From: Asterias rubens
Taxonomy: Eukaryota
Assembly (NCBI RefSeq): GCF_902459465.1
Contig: NC_047077.1
Location: 8,184,001 to 8,248,000, forward strand
Reading direction: 5' to 3'
DNA length: 64,000 nt
Below, one piece after another: positions 60,301-64,000 of this stretch (positions are counted from its first letter, which is position 1; every line of letters begins with the position of its first letter). A program made the position numbers and the translations under genes. The notes beneath the pieces are model-generated. The model ran no database searches and was not told the DNA's origin. It saw only the letters and a program-made list of their open reading frames with translations.

Positions 60301-62543
60301 ACCAGAACCACTTCCAGGTATTTTTTACTCCTTTATCAATGGCTTTAATTTGGCCAGGTACCACTCGGTCCCGCTCTAAAAAATCATTTCTTTTGGATGT
60401 CATTTTGACGGACGTTTGAAGATACGACTGTACACACATAGCACACAGTATACATGTACATTTAGCAACTAACTCACACACATACATGTACATGTACAAC
60501 ACGTGTATACTATACTATTGCAAAACAGCGGGACCAGACGAAGACACGACCTTAGACTCATTTCAAGGCTGTATAATAACTTTGTTTAGCACACAACTCG
60601 CCTGCGCCACGGGTGCGTTCCACTGTTCCAGATTTTTCGACCGTACACACGGCTATTAGTGACCACACGCAGTGTGTAAACGTACGCTTTGCTTGCTGTG
60701 GGCTTTAGATTGACCCTGCAGTAGAATGGATTGCGTGCCGCGGCAGAGGCCAGACCATGCGTTACAATGTATTGTTGAATTTATCTTTAGATCGCGCTAA
60801 CCGCGGAATGTATTTTGGATATTTTTTTAGCGCTAATCATTTGTCTTATGATCGCGCTAACCGCGGAATGTATTTTTTTGCGCTAATAATTTTTTTGAAA
60901 ACGCGGAATTCCGCGTTTCCGCGGAAGAGTTGCATGCCTGATAAATTGCGATATAAAAACTGATTTTTATTATCTTACCTCCTTTTCCTTGTCCTCCTCT
61001 CCCATACCAGTTTTCGTCCTTGTTACTTCTGTCTTCTGCCTTCATACAATAAATCGTTCTGCCCTCAATTGGATGTTTTTCCATAACTGATGAGAAAGAA
61101 AAAGGTTTTGTTTTGTTAAATCTCTGCCACTTGTAGTTTATAAGATTTAATCTCATGGCACACGCAGGCCTGGAATTTCATCTTTGAGAGGGCAAGGTCA
61201 TTTCCATTCTTAAAAGGGCACCTCAATTGGACAATCTTTAAGTCTTTGGGAATTTTTAGAAGGGGCACCAAAGGCTTTTAGGGGGTTTGTTTAAGCGCTT
61301 TGTTGGGTATTTTAGTGGAATTTTTTTCATGGGGGGGGGGGGGTGTGTGTGGCTCCATGAATGAGGCAAGCACTCACTTGCAATCTTGTCAACGGCGTGA
61401 GTGTCTTCGAGTTCAACAAAGCCGAATCCCTTGCTCTTGTTGTCTGCAGCTCTGTCTTTGATGACCTTTACTGATTTGACCGTGGCAAATTTGCTGAAAT
61501 ATTCTCGCAGCTGGTCCTCTGTGATTACTGTGCCCAGGTTTTTGACGAAGAGTTGGTTTGTTGGATCCGGAGGGATGTTTGACTGTGAAGGACGAAAAGA
61601 ACAAAATTAGCGCTGTATTGCCATCAACATGATTTAAAAATTCACTTTCAAGTACAAAACCAATGGGGAAGTTGAATAAAAAACAATAGGAGTAGGCCTG
61701 GCATTTCATCTTTGAGAGGGCCAGGCCATTTTCATGTCTTTGGGAAACTGCAGATGGGGGCACAAAGGCTGGGACCAGGGCAACAGAGGCAAAATTTCAT
61801 GTCCTGCTAACAATGGAATGTTACACCACAAACATAAACAAATTGAAAACTCTTTGGTTGCTAAGCTTTCAGAGCAAGATCCACCTATTTGTAATCGTTT
61901 GGTTATTTATTTCCTATCTAAATGGATAAAACTAACATGTGAAACTTCCATTTTGAAAGGGTGGTAGGTAGTGTTTTTGAAATATTGCGGACAAGTTGAG
62001 GCGGTAATGTCCACACAGGAAGATCCGTAATTTATAAACAAAATCTGAGAAACTTTTCATGAGGATCTGATGCTCAGATTGAAAATGCTTTTAAATCACT
62101 CTCTTTGAAACCACATTCATTTGTTTCTCAAAATAAAGCACATAATTAACAGTTGCAGTGCTCCTAACAAAAGTTAGTTTCTGTAGTCGAATTTGTTTTG
62201 AGTAATAATGAAAGGTATGTACAAGATACCCTCCCTTTAACGCAAATATTTCAGCTTTTTCTAGCCGGATTTTAAGACTTACATCTTTTGGAATAGCTCT
62301 CTTAACCTCCACTTTCTTGCTGTTGATTTCATGGGGTCCACCCTCGTTCTCATGAATGGCCAAGTCTGTCTCTTCTATGGTTGCCATAGTAACAAAGCCA
62401 AAGCCTTTTGATTCTTTGTTGGAGTTGCAGATGACGACGCAGTCCTTGACGGTGCCGAATTCTTGGAAGTGTTCCATTAAATCCTTGACAGTAGTAGCTC
62501 GGTTGAGACCTCCGAGAAAGATCTTCCGGAGATTCTCAGGCTC
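54391..62543 (-). CDS. hnRNP A1/A2-like RNA-binding protein, paralog B; first coding exon not identified
   Basis: Exons 62543-62283 (EPENLRKIFLGGL...KGFGFVTM...VEVKRAIPKD), 61582-61378 (LFVKNL, KGFGFVEL, AVDKIA), 61086-60979, 58660-58598, 58003-57947, 54617-54391 (Gly-rich, ends GHYKNY*). All AG/GT bounded, phases 0,1,1,1,1. Confidence 0.88.
55084..55548. mobile_element. Two adjacent small palindromic MITE-like elements (55084-55264; 55338-55476 with duplicated right arm to 55548)
   Basis: Long inverted arms visible in both. Confidence 0.7.
55600..55883. mobile_element. MITE with atagacctttctat TIRs
   Basis: 14-bp inverted ends. Confidence 0.65.
55897..56153. mobile_element. Short hAT-like element with CAGGCATGCAACT TIRs and 6-bp TSD
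   Basis: TAAGAA at 55891-55896 and 56154-56159. Confidence 0.85.
56309..57808. mobile_element. 1.5-kb non-autonomous DNA transposon with GTAACGTCCGTCGAT TIRs and 6-bp TSD
   Basis: 15-bp TIRs, TATCTC at 56303-56308 and 57809-57814, clustered TCGATA subterminal motifs at both ends. Confidence 0.7.
58692..58862. repeat. Long imperfect palindrome (MITE core) centred on cgaggcggagccgag
   Basis: About 75-bp inverted arms. Confidence 0.7.
59745..60940 (-). mobile_element. Internally deleted hAT-like transposon, same TIR family as 55897-56153, 6-bp TSD
   Basis: CAGGCATGCAACT ... AGTTGCATGCCTG; ATAAAT at 59739-59744 and 60941-60946; repeated cgcggaat subterminal motifs. Confidence 0.85.
60116..60403 (-). 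pseudogene. Frameshifted N-terminal transposase exon with BED-like zinc finger
   Basis: MTSKRND...KNTWKWFWLE...RKVDKPGMAYCVMCKT, then after a frameshift at about 60209 GKREQVALTEHCKAAKHRQLIKLRKTNYCFPG followed by a GT donor; CxxC...HxxxxxH pattern. Confidence 0.7.
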
Positions 62544-62719
62544 CTGGAGAAAAGAATGACAAAAGCATTTACAATGTATGATAGTTAGGTGTGGAACGTA
62601 TTTACCTAAAATAACACCAGTGAAATCAGATTTTGAATTGTCCGAAACATTTACCAAAGTAGATTTGGACTTGGATATTCTCAATGCTCTTACTACTTTT
62701 AAAGCCAAATGAGAAGGGA

Positions 62720-62895
62720 GAAGATAGGAAATTTCAGTTTTAGATGTGGGAAGGAAAAAAAACATAGAATATTTCAGGGAAACCCACGCAGTCTAGAAGG
62801 GACTGAAAACCCAATCCACATAGTACCCCCAGAGGAATTCGAACCAGGGTCCTAGAGATGGAAGGCGAGGCACGATACCACTACACCAACCTAAC
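62720..62895 (-). mobile_element. tRNA(Gly)-derived SINE (family T3)
   Basis: ggtgtagtggtatcgtgcctcgccTTCCAtctct...GGTTCGAATTCC head, body ending cccacatctaaaactgaa; decayed copy at about 3315-3385. Confidence 0.7.
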
Positions 62896-63657
62896 TGCCA
62901 TCAGACAGTGGGTGCTTTATATACTTCCCCGGGTCAACCCCGATCTGCCCCCAGTACGATCGAATAGCATTCCAGGGACTCACCTCGGTCAGTCCCAAGT
63001 ACCCTGATTGTGGAACTGGTCACTTGGGGTAAATGATCGTTCAATTAGCTCTTGTCAGGGGTTCACCCGATGAGCACCAAGGGGTCGATCCAGGGAAGCT
63101 AATGGAACGCACCCACTAACAAATATTAACATTCATTAGAGACCTTTCTTTTTCGGCTTACCTATTGATATTATTTCCCTTTAGTTGTTTTGTGACCATG
63201 GTGAGCATTTTTTGAGCACTTCAAAATACTATTGCATCTGTGGCAAACAATATCATTTTGCCGCTTGGTTATTTAAAAATAGTCACAAGTTCAATTTTCT
63301 CAAAATTAAAAATTGTGTTTTATATACATAAATAATTTCATGTAAATTGTTGGAAAGATTCCCAGCCCTGATACTTCTTGATTAAATTGCCGTCGTTGCC
63401 CCTACCGATTGCCGCAATGCCCTTCAAAAACCCGTGATTGCCGTGCCCTTTTCTCATCATTGCCGCCGTGCCCTTCCTCCCGAAAACAAATTATATTCAA
63501 CGTTGTCAAAGTTCGAAAATAAGCCAAAAAGTCCCGATGTCTGTGTAAATTTCACGCAATGAAATAGACCCCAATTTCACGCACGTAAGGCACAACAGCA
63601 GATTTCAGGCCCGTTAGTCGTTGTTCTTTGCGTGCGACAAAAAATACTCAAACATCG

Positions 63658-63715
63658 AACGCTAGAGGGCGTTTCGGAACAAAGCGATAGCATGAGATTA
63701 AACGCCCTCTAGTGG
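63658..63715. promoter_or_regulatory. Inverted pair of CTCF-like motifs upstream of hnRNP paralog B
   Basis: CGCTAGAGGGCG on + and CCACTAGAGGGCG on -, forming a 13-bp inverted repeat (ctagagggcgttt / aaacgccctctag). Confidence 0.45.
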
Positions 63716-64000
63716 TAAAATTACGCAAACCAACGCTAAACGCCTTGAGACAAAGACTCGACGTGTCTGTGCATGCTGGGATAGTGGTTTTACCCATGCT
63801 TGGTACATGTGATGTACCATCATGTACAGCAAAGTCGTCGCGCACCGCATGCATTTATTCTGTCAACATCGTGTCAAAATGGAGCAGTTACGTGGGAATT
63901 TTAGCGTCTCTACGAAAAACTACACAACGTGCATGACCAATAGTAGGATTACGTATGAACTCAAATTATTTATTGTGTATTGTAAGTAGTTGTTCTTGAT

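Noticed and set aside
20448-61343. Poly-C/G tracts (20448-20460, 25469-25479, 43199-43210, 61331-61343) as G-quadruplex elements
   Set aside because: Single short homopolymers, error-prone in assemblies, with no supporting context.
63162-63208. MLTMVTKQLKGNNIN as first coding exon of hnRNP paralog B
   Set aside because: Ends in phase 2 but the RRM1 exon starts in phase 0; direct splicing gives an early stop and no bridging exon I tried restored the frame.

Overview
Eukaryotic, intron-rich, AT-rich animal DNA. It looks like a marine deuterostome invertebrate, probably an echinoderm such as a sea star (inference from gene content and repeat families, not verified). Five protein-coding genes can be rebuilt from canonical GT-AG exons with consistent phases. 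(1) The 3' part of prolyl endopeptidase PREP (+, 942-6930). (2-3) Two tandem paralogous receptors (+, 11352-16331 and 18902-25458): signal peptide, Ser/Thr stalk, somatomedin-B domain, long Cys-rich ectodomain and a secretin/Methuselah-like 7TM with no GPS motif. They share a 509-bp tract that is about 99% identical. (4-5) Two tandem, diverged hnRNP A1/A2-type genes with two RRMs and a Gly-rich tail (-, 36752-42698 and 54391-62543); each has a splice donor 28-30 nt after its stop codon. Introns and spacers are packed with non-autonomous DNA transposons that sort by target site: TTAA (Kolobok-like), CAG/CTG (Harbinger-like) and 6-bp duplications (hAT-like, one carrying a frameshifted zinc-finger transposase fragment and a foldback). 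There are also tRNA-derived SINEs and three minisatellites. No CRISPR array, rRNA or genuine tRNA gene is supported. All coordinates and alignments were read by eye; no database search was run.
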